Of a DNA stretch of 64,000 nucleotides, positions 1-9,604 are shown in pieces (position 1 is the stretch's first letter; every line of letters begins with the position of its first letter). Source of the stretch: Coprococcus sp. (GTDB taxonomy: Bacteria > Bacillota > Clostridia > Lachnospirales > Lachnospiraceae); assembly GCA_017935345.1 (NCBI GenBank), contig JAGBHU010000052.1, forward strand, positions 5,250 to 69,249, given 5' to 3'. The position numbers and the translations under genes were made by a program. The notes beneath the pieces were generated by a model. That model saw only the letters and a list, made by a program, of their open reading frames with translations, was not told the DNA's origin and searched no databases.

Positions 1-47
1 TATATGGTTCTAAATGACTCCGGCTTTTTTTAAGGGAGGACGGATAT

Positions 48-884
48 ATGAAGTTTACAAAGATGGAAGGTCTCGGAAATGATTATATATATGTGAACTG
101 TCTGGAGGAGCAGATCAATAATCCTACAGAGGTTGCTGTTACCCTGAGTGACAGACACTTTGGAGTCGGCTCGGATGGACTTATTCTGATTAAACCATCC
201 AAGACAGCTGATTTTACGATGGATATGTATAATGCAGATGGTTCGAGGTCAGAGATGTGTGGAAACGGAATCCGCTGTGTCGGAAAATACGTATATGACT
301 ACGGTCTTACAGATAAGACTTCTGTTTCGATAGAAACACTTGCCGGAATCAAGTATTTAGAGCTTCATGTGAAAGACGGAAAGGTAGATACAGTAACCGT
401 GGATATGGGTGCACCGATTTTGGAATCAGATTCTGTTCCTGTTATAGCAGACAGCAAAACGGTTATCAATGAAATGATAACGGTAGACGGATGCGGGTAT
501 AGAATGACCTGTGTTTCCATGGGAAACCCACACGCTATCGTATTTGTAGATGATGTAGAGACATTTCCTCTTGACATAGTAGGACCGAAATTTGAACATC
601 ATGAAAGATTCCCTAATAAGGTGAATGTTGAGTTTGTGCAGATTGTTGACAGGTCTGTAGTCAGGATGCGTGTCTGGGAGCGGGGTACAGGTGAAACGAT
701 GGCATGCGGTACCGGTTCCTGTGCAACAGCAGTAGCATGTGTGCTGAATGATAAAACAGATGAAAATGTAACTGTTAAGCTGTTGGGCGGAGATTTGCTC
801 ATACGGTACGACAGAGAAAAGAATAAAGTATATATGACAGGCCCCGCCAAGGTGGTATTTGACGGTGTTACTGACATATTTTAG
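48..884 (+). CDS. dapF: diaminopimelate epimerase
   Basis: 278 aa ORF; N-terminal MKFTKMEGLGNDYIY and two-Cys PLP-independent racemase layout typical of DapF; GGAGG RBS upstream. Confidence 0.9.
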   Translation: MKFTKMEGLGNDYIYVNCLEEQINNPTEVAVTLSDRHFGVGSDGLILIKPSKTADFTMDMYNADGSRSEMCGNGIRCVGKYVYDYGLTDKTSVSIETLAGIKYLELHVKDGKVDTVTVDMGAPILESDSVPVIADSKTVINEMITVDGCGYRMTCVSMGNPHAIVFVDDVETFPLDIVGPKFEHHERFPNKVNVEFVQIVDRSVVRMRVWERGTGETMACGTGSCATAVACVLNDKTDENVTVKLLGGDLLIRYDREKNKVYMTGPAKVVFDGVTDIF

Positions 885-900
885 ACAGGAGGAAAAAGAC

Positions 901-2118
901 ATGTTTAGAGCAAATGACAATTATTTGAAACTTCCGGGCAGCTATTTATTTTCAACAGTAGCCAGAAAGCAGAGAGAGTATAGTGCGGCAAATCCTGATA
1001 AAAAGATAATCAGGCTTAGTATAGGTGATGTAACACAGCCTCTTGCTCCCGCTATTATTGAGAGACTTCATAAGGCTGTTGACGAGATGGCTGTAGCAGA
1101 GACCTTTAAGGGGTATGCACCTGATTTAGGCTATGAGTTTTTGAGAAATACGATTTGTGAAAATGATTATAAGGCAAGAGGTGTGGATATTGCGGCTGAT
1201 GAAATCTTTGTCAGTGACGGTGCAAAAAGTGACTCTGCAAATATTCAGGAGATATTTGCCGCTGACAGCAGGATAGCAGTATGTGACCCTGTATATCCGG
1301 TTTATGTTGATTCAAATGTCATGGCAGGAAGAACGGGTACTTACGATAAAGAAACGGAATTGTGGAGCGATGTGATTTATATGCCGTGTCTTGCCGATAA
1401 TAACTTTGCACCGGAATTGCCAAAGGAAACACCGGATATTATTTATTTGTGCTTCCCGAACAATCCTACGGGAGCAACCATTCAGAAAGCACAGCTTCAG
1501 GAGTGGGTTGACTATGCAAATAAAGTAGGTGCAGTTATTATATATGATGCAGCATATGAGGCATATATCAGTGAAGAGGATGTGCCGCATACCATATATG
1601 AGTGTGAAGGGGCAAAGACATGTGCCATAGAGCTGAAGAGCTTTTCAAAAAATGCGGGATTTACAGGAACACGTCTTGGATATGCAGTAGTTCCAAAGGA
1701 GCTGAAGGATGCTGACGGTGTTTCAATGCATAGCTTGTGGGCAAGAAGACATGGAACAAAATTCAACGGTGCACCATATATTGTTCAGGCAGCAGGAGAG
1801 GCTGTATATTCACCGGAAGGTAAGATGCAGACAAAGGCACAGATAGCATATTATATGAATAATGCAAAGATTATTTATGATGGCTTGAAGGCAGCAGGCT
1901 ATACGGTTTCAGGTGGTGTAAACGCACCGTATATATGGCTGAAGACACCGAATCATATGACTTCATGGGAATTTTTTGATTATCTTCTTGAGAATGCAAA
2001 TGTAGTAGGCACTCCGGGTTCTGGTTTTGGTCCAAGCGGTGAAGGCTACTTCAGACTTACTGCATTCGGAACATATGAAAATACAGTAGAAGCCATTGAA
2101 AGAATAAAGGCATTATAA
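901..2118 (+). CDS. dapL: LL-diaminopimelate aminotransferase (class I aminotransferase)
   Basis: ORF 859-2118; start preferred at ATG 901 (MFRANDNYLKLPGSY) preceded by AGGAGG; SFSKNAGFTGTRLGY PLP-lysine motif; immediately downstream of dapF. Confidence 0.85.
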   Translation: MFRANDNYLKLPGSYLFSTVARKQREYSAANPDKKIIRLSIGDVTQPLAPAIIERLHKAVDEMAVAETFKGYAPDLGYEFLRNTICENDYKARGVDIAADEIFVSDGAKSDSANIQEIFAADSRIAVCDPVYPVYVDSNVMAGRTGTYDKETELWSDVIYMPCLADNNFAPELPKETPDIIYLCFPNNPTGATIQKAQLQEWVDYANKVGAVIIYDAAYEAYISEEDVPHTIYECEGAKTCAIELKSFSKNAGFTGTRLGYAVVPKELKDADGVSMHSLWARRHGTKFNGAPYIVQAAGEAVYSPEGKMQTKAQIAYYMNNAKIIYDGLKAAGYTVSGGVNAPYIWLKTPNHMTSWEFFDYLLENANVVGTPGSGFGPSGEGYFRLTAFGTYENTVEAIERIKAL

Positions 2119-2138
2119 AAATATACACGATAAATAAA

Positions 2139-2190
2139 GAGCATGGATACAAAATTTTAATTTGATTTTGTCTCCATGCTTTTTCATCAT
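2139..2190 (+). terminator. rho-independent terminator after dapL
   Basis: inverted repeat agcatggat...ccatgct followed by a T-run. Confidence 0.45.
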
Positions 2191-2277
2191 TTGACTTTAC
2201 TCAAATATGTATATTTGATATAATCTATTTATACGATTATTTACGGATATACCATTATAAAAAGTGGAGGTATAGGG

Positions 2278-3738
2278 ATGAAGGATAACGGACTTTTGAT
2301 TCAGTATTTTAATGCAAATACGCCAAATGACCAGACCTTATGGAAGAATGCAGCAAATGATGCAGAGACACTGAAGAAGCTTGGAGCAACAGCAGTATGG
2401 TTTCCGCCTGCTACGAAGGGTGCAAAGGGAAAAGAGGATATGGGTTACGCACCGTATGATTTGTTTGATTTAGGTGAGTTTGAGCAGAAAGGCTCTGTTG
2501 GAACAAAATATGGAACAAAAGAGGAATATATTGCGGCAATTCAGGCTATGAAAAAGGCAGGTATAGATGTATATGCGGATATCGCTGTCAGACAGAAACT
2601 GGGTGCAGACAAGATAGAAAAGGTGTCTGCGGCTGACTTTAACATGAAGGACAGTCCCCAGATGATAGGAAACAAAAAAACTGTCGGAGCATTATCCAAG
2701 TTCACATTCCCTGGCAGAAAGAGTAAGTATTCAAAATTCAAATGGAACTTCAATCATTTTACGGGAATTGACTGGAAACAGGATGAATTTAAGGAAAGAG
2801 TATGTGCCCTTTCCGGTTTGGATAGAGAGAAAGCAGAAAAGGATTTTGCAAAATACGATTATATTCTTGGTTGTGAAATCGATTTTTATAATCAGGATGT
2901 TTATAATGAGCTTATGGCATGGGCTGATTGGTATGAGAAGAATACGGATGTAGACGGCTTCCGGTTTCAGGAGGCAGAGGCTGTACCGGGATGGTTTGTG
3001 AAAGATTTTGCGGAAGCAGCTGCAAATGCGGGAAAGGAATATAAAAATATTTTCACGGTAGGCGATTTCTGGCACTGGAACTGCGGATATATCAACGACT
3101 ATATCGCATCCACGGAAGGAACGGCATCTATGTTTGATGTACCGCTTCACTTCAATTTCCATGATGCATCACAGGCAGAGGGAGATTATGATTTAAGCCG
3201 TTTGCTGGAAGGCTCCATGATGATGAGTAATCCGACGAAGGCTGTCACATTTGTTGACAATCATGAATCCCAGGTGGGCGGAATTCTTGAGTCCTATGTA
3301 GCAGACTGGTTTAAGCCGCTTGCATATGCAGTCATACTGCTTCGCAGTCAGGGATATCCATGTATGTTTATGGGAGATTATCAGGGCATACCGGCAGTAA
3401 AGGTGAAGTCAAAGAAGACCATGTTAAATAAGCTGCTTAAACTTCGAAAGAAATATGCATATGGCGCGCAACACGACTATTTCGACCATCCTGACGTGGT
3501 CGGCTGGACAAGAGAAGGCGATGACGAGCATAAAGATTCAGGCCTTGCGGTTGTTATGTCAGACGGAACAGGTGGCACCAAACGTATGTATATAGGCAGA
3601 CAGTTTGCAGGTATGCATTTTGCGGATGTCATGGGAAATGCAAAATATGACATTAAGATAGATGATGAAGGCTGTGGAGAGTTCTATGTTAACAGGCAGG
3701 GTGTTGCTGTGTGGATAAAGAAAGATTGCAAATTATAA
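2278..3738 (+). CDS. alpha-amylase, GH13 family (Bacillus AmyL-like), apparently cytoplasmic
   Basis: 486 aa; LIQYFNANTPNDQTLW, GIDVYADIAV, GFRFQEAE, FVDNHES conserved amylase regions; no signal peptide at N-terminus. Confidence 0.85.
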   Translation: MKDNGLLIQYFNANTPNDQTLWKNAANDAETLKKLGATAVWFPPATKGAKGKEDMGYAPYDLFDLGEFEQKGSVGTKYGTKEEYIAAIQAMKKAGIDVYADIAVRQKLGADKIEKVSAADFNMKDSPQMIGNKKTVGALSKFTFPGRKSKYSKFKWNFNHFTGIDWKQDEFKERVCALSGLDREKAEKDFAKYDYILGCEIDFYNQDVYNELMAWADWYEKNTDVDGFRFQEAEAVPGWFVKDFAEAAANAGKEYKNIFTVGDFWHWNCGYINDYIASTEGTASMFDVPLHFNFHDASQAEGDYDLSRLLEGSMMMSNPTKAVTFVDNHESQVGGILESYVADWFKPLAYAVILLRSQGYPCMFMGDYQGIPAVKVKSKKTMLNKLLKLRKKYAYGAQHDYFDHPDVVGWTREGDDEHKDSGLAVVMSDGTGGTKRMYIGRQFAGMHFADVMGNAKYDIKIDDEGCGEFYVNRQGVAVWIKKDCKL

Positions 3739-3754
3739 CAAAGGAGCGTACAAC

Positions 3755-4069
3755 ATGGGAAAAACAGTACACACAGAAGCAGTACAGGATTTGTTTGAGG
3801 CAATACTTACATTGGAGACTGAGCAGGAGTGCTTTGACTTTTTTGAAGATGTATGTACAGTAAATGAATTACTCTCAATAGCACAGCGTTTTGCAGTAGC
3901 AAAAATGCTGAAAGAAAACAACACGTATCTCGAGGTGGCGGAAAAGACCGGAGCATCGACTGCGACGATAAGCAGAGTAAACCGTTCGCTTAATTACGGA
4001 AAAGACGGATATGAGTTAGTATTTTCCAGAATGAATAAAAATAGAGAGAATGCCAAAAAAGAGAAGTGA
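3755..4069 (+). CDS. YerC/YecD family TrpR-like protein
   Basis: 104 aa; LLSIAQRFAVAKMLKENNTYLEVAEKTGASTATISRVNR helix-turn-helix characteristic of YerC/YecD. Confidence 0.75.
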   Translation: MGKTVHTEAVQDLFEAILTLETEQECFDFFEDVCTVNELLSIAQRFAVAKMLKENNTYLEVAEKTGASTATISRVNRSLNYGKDGYELVFSRMNKNRENAKKEK

Positions 4070-4096
4070 TTTGATTTATCAGTAACCTATCAATAA

Positions 4097-4152
4097 AAAA
4101 GACGAGATATCATTATTCTGTTCAATAAAATTATGATATCCCGTCTTTTATT
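4097..4152. terminator. bidirectional intrinsic terminator between convergent genes
   Basis: near-perfect 15 bp inverted repeat aagacgagatatcat / atgatatcccgtctt flanked by A-run and T-run. Confidence 0.6.
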
Positions 4153-4156
4153 TTGT

Positions 4157-4963
4157 TTAGGTATCAGCGTTTTTGTCTTTTTCAGCCTTCGCTTTCTCAA
4201 CTTTCGCCTTTTCGGCAGCCTTTGCTTTTTCAGCTTTCACCTTTTCGGCAGCCTTTGCTTTTTCAGCTTTTACCTTTTCGGCAGCCTTCGCTTTTTCAAC
4301 TTTCGCCTTTTCGGCAGCCTTTGCTTTTTCAGCTTTCGTCCTTTCGGCAATTTTGGCTTTTTCAAGTTTTTCTCTCTCTGCTTTTTGTTTCTTGTTCATA
4401 TCGTCAATTAAGTGTTCGATATATTTCTTTTTGACATATATATCAGCAGATAGGAGAGAAATAACACTCATGGAATGAAGATATGGCTCCGTATCCTGGT
4501 CGTACATCTGGGAAGCCTTATCGTTTGTTTGGATAACGCTTTCTATTAAATCATCATATGTATCATGTTGAAATTGATACAGCTTACTATAGATGTCAGA
4601 GATATTAAGCTTATCTTCAGAGGACTGATAATGATTATCTATCATAGGCATCAGTAATGTCTGAATATCGGTTATGCTGAGCAGATTCTTCAGGTAATAG
4701 ATATAAATCAGCAAAATCAGATGCTCCTTAGAGTACCTTTTTTTATTTGGAGACGGAAGAAGATTATTCTTTGTGTAATTATTTATCATGGTTTTTGTCA
4801 TGATTTTATCTTCATTGTTTCGCCTGTTACCACCAAGCTGTTCCTCCATAAAGGTAGTGAGCTGGTCCATATATAAGTCAATGGATGGAATATCCTCAGG
4901 CTTGATAAAATCAATCCCTTTGATGACATCTATGATTTCTTGTTTCTTCTTGTCGTTATCCAT
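4157..4963 (-). CDS. DUF1836-like protein with C-terminal KAEKAKAAEKV tandem-repeat (coiled-coil) tail
   Basis: ORF 4157-4999; start preferred at MDNDKKKQ (4963) with AGGAGA RBS; N-terminal region resembles DUF1836; C-terminus encoded by 33 bp tandem repeats. Confidence 0.55.
   Translation of the reverse strand: MDNDKKKQEIIDVIKGIDFIKPEDIPSIDLYMDQLTTFMEEQLGGNRRNNEDKIMTKTMINNYTKNNLLPSPNKKRYSKEHLILLIYIYYLKNLLSITDIQTLLMPMIDNHYQSSEDKLNISDIYSKLYQFQHDTYDDLIESVIQTNDKASQMYDQDTEPYLHSMSVISLLSADIYVKKKYIEHLIDDMNKKQKAEREKLEKAKIAERTKAEKAKAAEKAKVEKAKAAEKVKAEKAKAAEKVKAEKAKAAEKAKVEKAKAEKDKNADT
4175..4370. repeat. 33 bp in-frame tandem repeat (about 6 copies) encoding KAEKAKAAEKV
   Basis: repeated unit cttttcggcagcctttgctttttcagctttcac seen directly; generates three spurious plus-strand ORFs. 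Confidence 0.8.
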
Positions 4964-5017
4964 AATTACGTCTCCTGATAAAATTGCTTTAATAAACACA
5001 TTATATAGTATTTAAAA

Positions 5018-6319
5018 CTACATATCAAGGCTTTTTTGCAATTCCTCAGAGGCTTTTGGACTAGCAAGTATTTCTACCAGAACTCTGTCTACACGCTTTT
5101 TATCCATTTCCGTTACACGGCAGGAGATGACTCCGTCTGATGCAACATCGCCTTTTGCAGGAAGGTGGTCAAGAAGTTCTATGATGTATCCGCCCAGAGA
5201 ATCATAATCCTCTGATTCGATGTCGAGATTTAACATATCATTTAAATCGTCCAGCTTGATGGAGCCGTCGATACTGTAATGTGTATCATCCAGTTTAATG
5301 ACATTGTTGTGCTCTGCAAGGTCATATTCGTCTTTAATATCACCTATAATTTCTTCAATTAAATCCTCCATTGTAATCAGTCCTATGCTGACGCCATATT
5401 CGTCCAGAACAATAGCAATAGAGTTGGAATCGGTTTTCATGTTAGAAAGTAAATCGTTTGTTTTCTGGTATTCATATACATAGAGCGGTTCACGTATAAT
5501 TTTCCTTACATCAAAATTGTTGATGTCGTGTGTTGCCTTGTAAAAAAACAAATCTTTTACATGAAGAATACCGATAATATTGTCCCGTGACTCCTCATAG
5601 ATAGGAATTCTGGTATACGGAACCTCCATATACATATTGAGAAGCTCCTCATAAGATGAGTCAATCGGAGCTATCGTCATATCTGCACGGGGTATCATAA
5701 TATCACGTGCTCTGGAATCTCCAAAGTCCACAACATTTGTAATCATCTTTTTTTCCTTATCTTCAATGACGCCTTCCTCTTCGCTGACATTTACCATGGT
5801 AAGCAGCTCATCCTCTGTTATCTTTTGCGCTCCGGCATTTTTGTCTATATGCAAAACCCAGAAAATAGCACCGGCTATCTTATCGACAATAAAGATAACG
5901 GGAGTTAATACAAACATTAAAAATTCAATGATATCGATATAGAGCATGGATAACTTGATGCTGTATATCTGTGCAACTGTTTTGGGTGTGATTTCTCCGA
6001 AAAGCAAAACAATTAAAGTAAGGATACCTGTCGCAATACCGACAGCGGCACTTCCCCACAATCTGGTAACTAAAGTAGTGGTCAGTGAAGATGCAGTTAT
6101 ATTTACGATATTGTTTCCAATAAGAATCGTGCTTATAAGCTTACCGCTGTTTTCAGTAACCTTTAAGACGCGAACCGCACGTTTGTTTCCGGCATCCGCA
6201 AGAGAACGCAGGGCATATTTGTTTACGGTGGTAAGAGCTGTTTCTGCTGATGAGAAAAAAGCAGATAATAAAATAAGTATAATAAGAATCATAAGCTGTA
6301 CAATAGTACCGGGCTCCAA
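5018..6319 (-). CDS. CNNM/HlyC-CorC family transporter (DUF21-CBS-CorC_HlyC; so-called hemolysin family protein)
   Basis: 433 aa; N-terminal 4-TM DUF21 (LLSAFFSSAETAL), CBS pair, C-terminal CorC/HlyC domain. Confidence 0.85.
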   Translation of the reverse strand: MEPGTIVQLMILIILILLSAFFSSAETALTTVNKYALRSLADAGNKRAVRVLKVTENSGKLISTILIGNNIVNITASSLTTTLVTRLWGSAAVGIATGILTLIVLLFGEITPKTVAQIYSIKLSMLYIDIIEFLMFVLTPVIFIVDKIAGAIFWVLHIDKNAGAQKITEDELLTMVNVSEEEGVIEDKEKKMITNVVDFGDSRARDIMIPRADMTIAPIDSSYEELLNMYMEVPYTRIPIYEESRDNIIGILHVKDLFFYKATHDINNFDVRKIIREPLYVYEYQKTNDLLSNMKTDSNSIAIVLDEYGVSIGLITMEDLIEEIIGDIKDEYDLAEHNNVIKLDDTHYSIDGSIKLDDLNDMLNLDIESEDYDSLGGYIIELLDHLPAKGDVASDGVISCRVTEMDKKRVDRVLVEILASPKASEELQKSLDM

Positions 6320-6544
6320 AAAATATCATCTCCATATCTTTAATTTTTTGATATTGATTTTACTGAATATGGATATACTTGTCAAGGAAAATACAAATAT
6401 GGCAGGTAGCGGTTATGAAAGGAAATCAATCACCAGAAATATTGTAAATATAAGCCTGCATAATAAAAGCAGCATTAGCAATAATATAATTGTAACTGTT
6501 GATTTGGCTGAAAAGTCTTTTGCGATTTGTGACGAGGTATCAAT

Positions 6545-6730
6545 ATGAGAAGTTCAACTGAAACCTACAAAGAGGTAGCAGAAAGATGCAGTGCATTTGA
6601 GAAAAAAAGAAAAAGTGACAGCCTTTCAAATGCTACTGACAGCGAGGTAAGCTGTCTGAAATGCAAACATTTCTCAAATGAGGAGTATTGTATGCTTGAT
6701 CTTTATGACCCTATTGTGAAGAACCTCTAA
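6545..6730 (+). CDS. small hypothetical Cys-containing protein (61 aa)
   Basis: own GAGGT RBS 8-11 nt upstream of ATG; followed by hairpin terminator; four Cys including CLKC...C; no recognisable family. Confidence 0.35.
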   Translation: MRSSTETYKEVAERCSAFEKKRKSDSLSNATDSEVSCLKCKHFSNEEYCMLDLYDPIVKNL

Positions 6731-6758
6731 GACTGTCATGTCATACATGATGGAAATA

Positions 6759-6796
6759 AAGACCTGTATGCCGCATATGGTAAGCAGGTCTTTTCC
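6759..6796 (+). terminator. intrinsic terminator
   Basis: aagacctg...caggtctttt hairpin plus T-run. Confidence 0.5.
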
Positions 6797-6832
6797 TTTG
6801 GAAAAACAGATACATATTAAATGTTCATAAAG

Positions 6833-6861
6833 TTGACATGCCGACGGCATATTGTTATACT
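6833..6861 (+). promoter_or_regulatory. sigma-A type promoter (TTGACA-17-TATACT) for ABC-F/trpS operon
   Basis: consensus -35 and near-consensus -10 with 17 nt spacer, about 35 nt upstream of the ABC-F start. Confidence 0.45.
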
Positions 6862-6896
6862 TTTAGATTAGAAAAAATGGAAAGGTATATAAATTT

Positions 6897-8522
6897 ATGA
6901 TTAGTGCAAATAATGTAACATTAAGATTCGGAAAAAAAGCTTTATTTGAAGATGTAAATATAAAGTTCACAGAGGGAAACTGTTATGGACTGATAGGTGC
7001 AAATGGTGCCGGAAAGTCTACATTTTTGAAAATACTTTCAGGAGAAATAGAGCCGTCAAAGGGTGATGTAACCATGAATGACGGTGAGCGACTTTCCGTT
7101 CTTCAGCAGGACCATTTTAAGTATGATGATTATACGGTACTTGATACGGTTATAATGGGAAATAAGAGGCTGTATGAAATCATGAAGGAAAAAGATGCCA
7201 TCTATATGAAGGAGGACTTTACCGATGAGGATGGCGTAAGAGCAGCCGAGCTTGAAGCGGAATTTGCCGAGATGAACGGATGGGAGGCTGAAGCGGATGC
7301 AGAAACGCTCCTCAACGGACTTGGTGTCAGTACGGAGTTTCATTATATGCTGATGAAGGATTTAGACGGCGGACTGAAAGTAAAAACACTTCTTGCTCAG
7401 GCACTGTTTGGAAATCCTGATGTGCTTTTGCTTGATGAGCCGACCAACCATTTGGATATGGATGCCATTGCATGGCTGGAGGAGTTTCTGATTAACTTCC
7501 AGAATACGGTTATTGTCGTATCACATGACAGATACTTTTTAAATAAGGTATGTACACATACAGCGGACATCGATTATTCCAAGATACAGCTCTATGCCGG
7601 AAACTATGATTTCTGGTATGAATCAAGTCAGCTTATGATTAAGCAGATGAAGGAAGCAAACAAGAAGAAGGAAGAGAAGATTAAAGAGCTTCAGGAATTT
7701 ATCCAGCGATTCTCTGCAAATGCTTCCAAGTCAAAGCAGGCAACATCAAGAAAACGTGCTCTTGAGAAAATTGAGCTGGATGATATTAAGCCTTCAAGCA
7801 GAAAATATCCATATATTGATTTCCGACCAAAGAGAGAAATCGGAAATGAAGTTCTTACCGTTTCCCATATATCAAAAACGGTAGACGGCGAGAAGCTTCT
7901 GGATGATATATCATTTACGGTAGGTCACGATGATAAAATTGCATTTGTGGGACCAAATACAAAGGCAACAACGATGCTGTTCAAAATCCTTGCAGGAGAA
8001 GAAGAGCCTGACGAAGGAAGCTACAAATGGGGTGTTACCACATCACAGGGATATTTCCCGAAGGATAATACAAAGGAGTTTGACAACGACCTGATTATCG
8101 TGGACTGGCTGACTCAGTATTCTGATGAAAAGGATGCCACATATGTACGAGGCTTTTTAGGCAGAATGTTATTTGCCGGTGAAGACGGCGTTAAGAAGGT
8201 TAAAGTGCTTTCAGGAGGAGAGAAGGTAAGATGTCTGCTTTCCAAGCTGATGATTATGGGCTCGAACTGCCTTATTCTTGATGAGCCGACCAACCATTTG
8301 GATATGGAATCCATTACAGCACTGAATAACGGACTGATTAAGTTCCCGGGTGTAATACTTTTCTCATCACAGGATCATCAGTTTGTACAGACTACGGCAA
8401 ATCGTATTATAGAGCTTACAAATACAGGACTGATAGATAAACAGACAACATATGACGAGTATCTTGCAAATGATGAGCTTGCAAGGAAACGTCAGGTTAT
8501 GAATATGGACGTGGAGGATTAA
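6897..8522 (+). CDS. ABC-F family ATPase (two fused ABC domains with inter-domain linker and arm insertion)
   Basis: 541 aa; two Walker A (GANGAGKST / GPNTKATT), two LSGGE signatures, charged linker KKKEEKIKELQEF; no TM domain. Confidence 0.85.
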   Translation: MISANNVTLRFGKKALFEDVNIKFTEGNCYGLIGANGAGKSTFLKILSGEIEPSKGDVTMNDGERLSVLQQDHFKYDDYTVLDTVIMGNKRLYEIMKEKDAIYMKEDFTDEDGVRAAELEAEFAEMNGWEAEADAETLLNGLGVSTEFHYMLMKDLDGGLKVKTLLAQALFGNPDVLLLDEPTNHLDMDAIAWLEEFLINFQNTVIVVSHDRYFLNKVCTHTADIDYSKIQLYAGNYDFWYESSQLMIKQMKEANKKKEEKIKELQEFIQRFSANASKSKQATSRKRALEKIELDDIKPSSRKYPYIDFRPKREIGNEVLTVSHISKTVDGEKLLDDISFTVGHDDKIAFVGPNTKATTMLFKILAGEEEPDEGSYKWGVTTSQGYFPKDNTKEFDNDLIIVDWLTQYSDEKDATYVRGFLGRMLFAGEDGVKKVKVLSGGEKVRCLLSKLMIMGSNCLILDEPTNHLDMESITALNNGLIKFPGVILFSSQDHQFVQTTANRIIELTNTGLIDKQTTYDEYLANDELARKRQVMNMDVED

Positions 8523-8526
8523 TAAA

Positions 8527-9537
8527 ATGATAGACGGTAAAAAGGTTTTGCTTTCGGGTATGCAGTCAACGGGAATTATAACACTGGGAAATTATCTGGG
8601 GGCACTCAAAAACTGGGTAGATTTGAATGATGATGATAGTGTGGAATGTTTTTATGCCGTAATGGATTTACATTCCATAACGGTAAGACAGGACCCTGCA
8701 AATCTTAAGAAGAGTGGCAGAACATTATATGCGCTTTATATGGCAGCAGGACTCGACCCGGAGAAGAATTGCCTTTTCTTCCAGTCCCACGTTCCTGCTC
8801 ATCCGCAGCTTGCGTGGATACTGAACTGTTATACATATATGGGTGAGATGAACAGAATGACGCAGTTCAAGGATAAGGCGGCAAAGCATTCCGACAATGT
8901 AAATACAGGTTTGTTTACATACCCTGTACTGATGGCTGCGGATATCCTTCTTTATCAGGCGGATATGGTTCCCGTCGGCAAGGACCAGCTGCAGCATCTT
9001 GAGATCACAAGAGATATTGCCAACCGCTTTAACGGTATTTATGGGGAGGTATTTACAATACCGGAGGCATATATGGGCAAGAGTGGTGCCAAGATAATGA
9101 GTCTTCAGGACCCGACAAAAAAGATGTCCAAGTCAGACGAAAATCCAAACGGAAGCATTTTGCTTCTTGACGATAAAGATACGATCATGAGAAAATTCAA
9201 AAAGGCTGTTACCGATTCTGACGGATTTATTGCGTATCGTGACGACAAACCGGGAATCAAAAATCTGATTGATATCTACTGCGCAGCTACAGGTAAAACA
9301 CCTGAGGAAACCGTTAAGGAATTTGACGGAATGGGATATGGCAAGTTCAAGGAGGCTGTCGGCGAGGCTGTTGCCGCAGAGCTTGCACCTGTTCAGGAGA
9401 AATACAATCAGCTTATCAAAGATAAGGCTTACGTAGATGGTGTCATGAAAGAAAATGCTGCAAAAGCATCGTACTATGCAAATAAAACACTTCGGAAGGT
9501 AATGAAGAAGGTAGGATTTATTGAACTTCCACGATAA
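8527..9537 (+). CDS. trpS: tryptophan--tRNA ligase
   Basis: 336 aa; class I aaRS signature around SGMQSTG (HIGH-like) and KMSKS; 4 nt after ABC-F stop. Confidence 0.92.
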   Translation: MIDGKKVLLSGMQSTGIITLGNYLGALKNWVDLNDDDSVECFYAVMDLHSITVRQDPANLKKSGRTLYALYMAAGLDPEKNCLFFQSHVPAHPQLAWILNCYTYMGEMNRMTQFKDKAAKHSDNVNTGLFTYPVLMAADILLYQADMVPVGKDQLQHLEITRDIANRFNGIYGEVFTIPEAYMGKSGAKIMSLQDPTKKMSKSDENPNGSILLLDDKDTIMRKFKKAVTDSDGFIAYRDDKPGIKNLIDIYCAATGKTPEETVKEFDGMGYGKFKEAVGEAVAAELAPVQEKYNQLIKDKAYVDGVMKENAAKASYYANKTLRKVMKKVGFIELPR

Positions 9538-9604
9538 CAAGGCGAATTGCTGAGAGCTTGCAGGACAATGAATCTTTGTTAGATGGCAGAAGGTAATTGG
9601 GAGA

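Noticed and set aside
859-900. N-terminal extension of the dapL ORF overlapping the dapF 3' end
   Set aside because: ATG 901 has a canonical AGGAGG RBS and matches the usual DapL N-terminus.
4133-4478. three overlapping plus-strand ORFs (92-101 aa) rich in F/L/S
   Set aside because: They are antisense to the 33 bp tandem repeat of the DUF1836 gene, have periodic low-complexity composition and no RBS.
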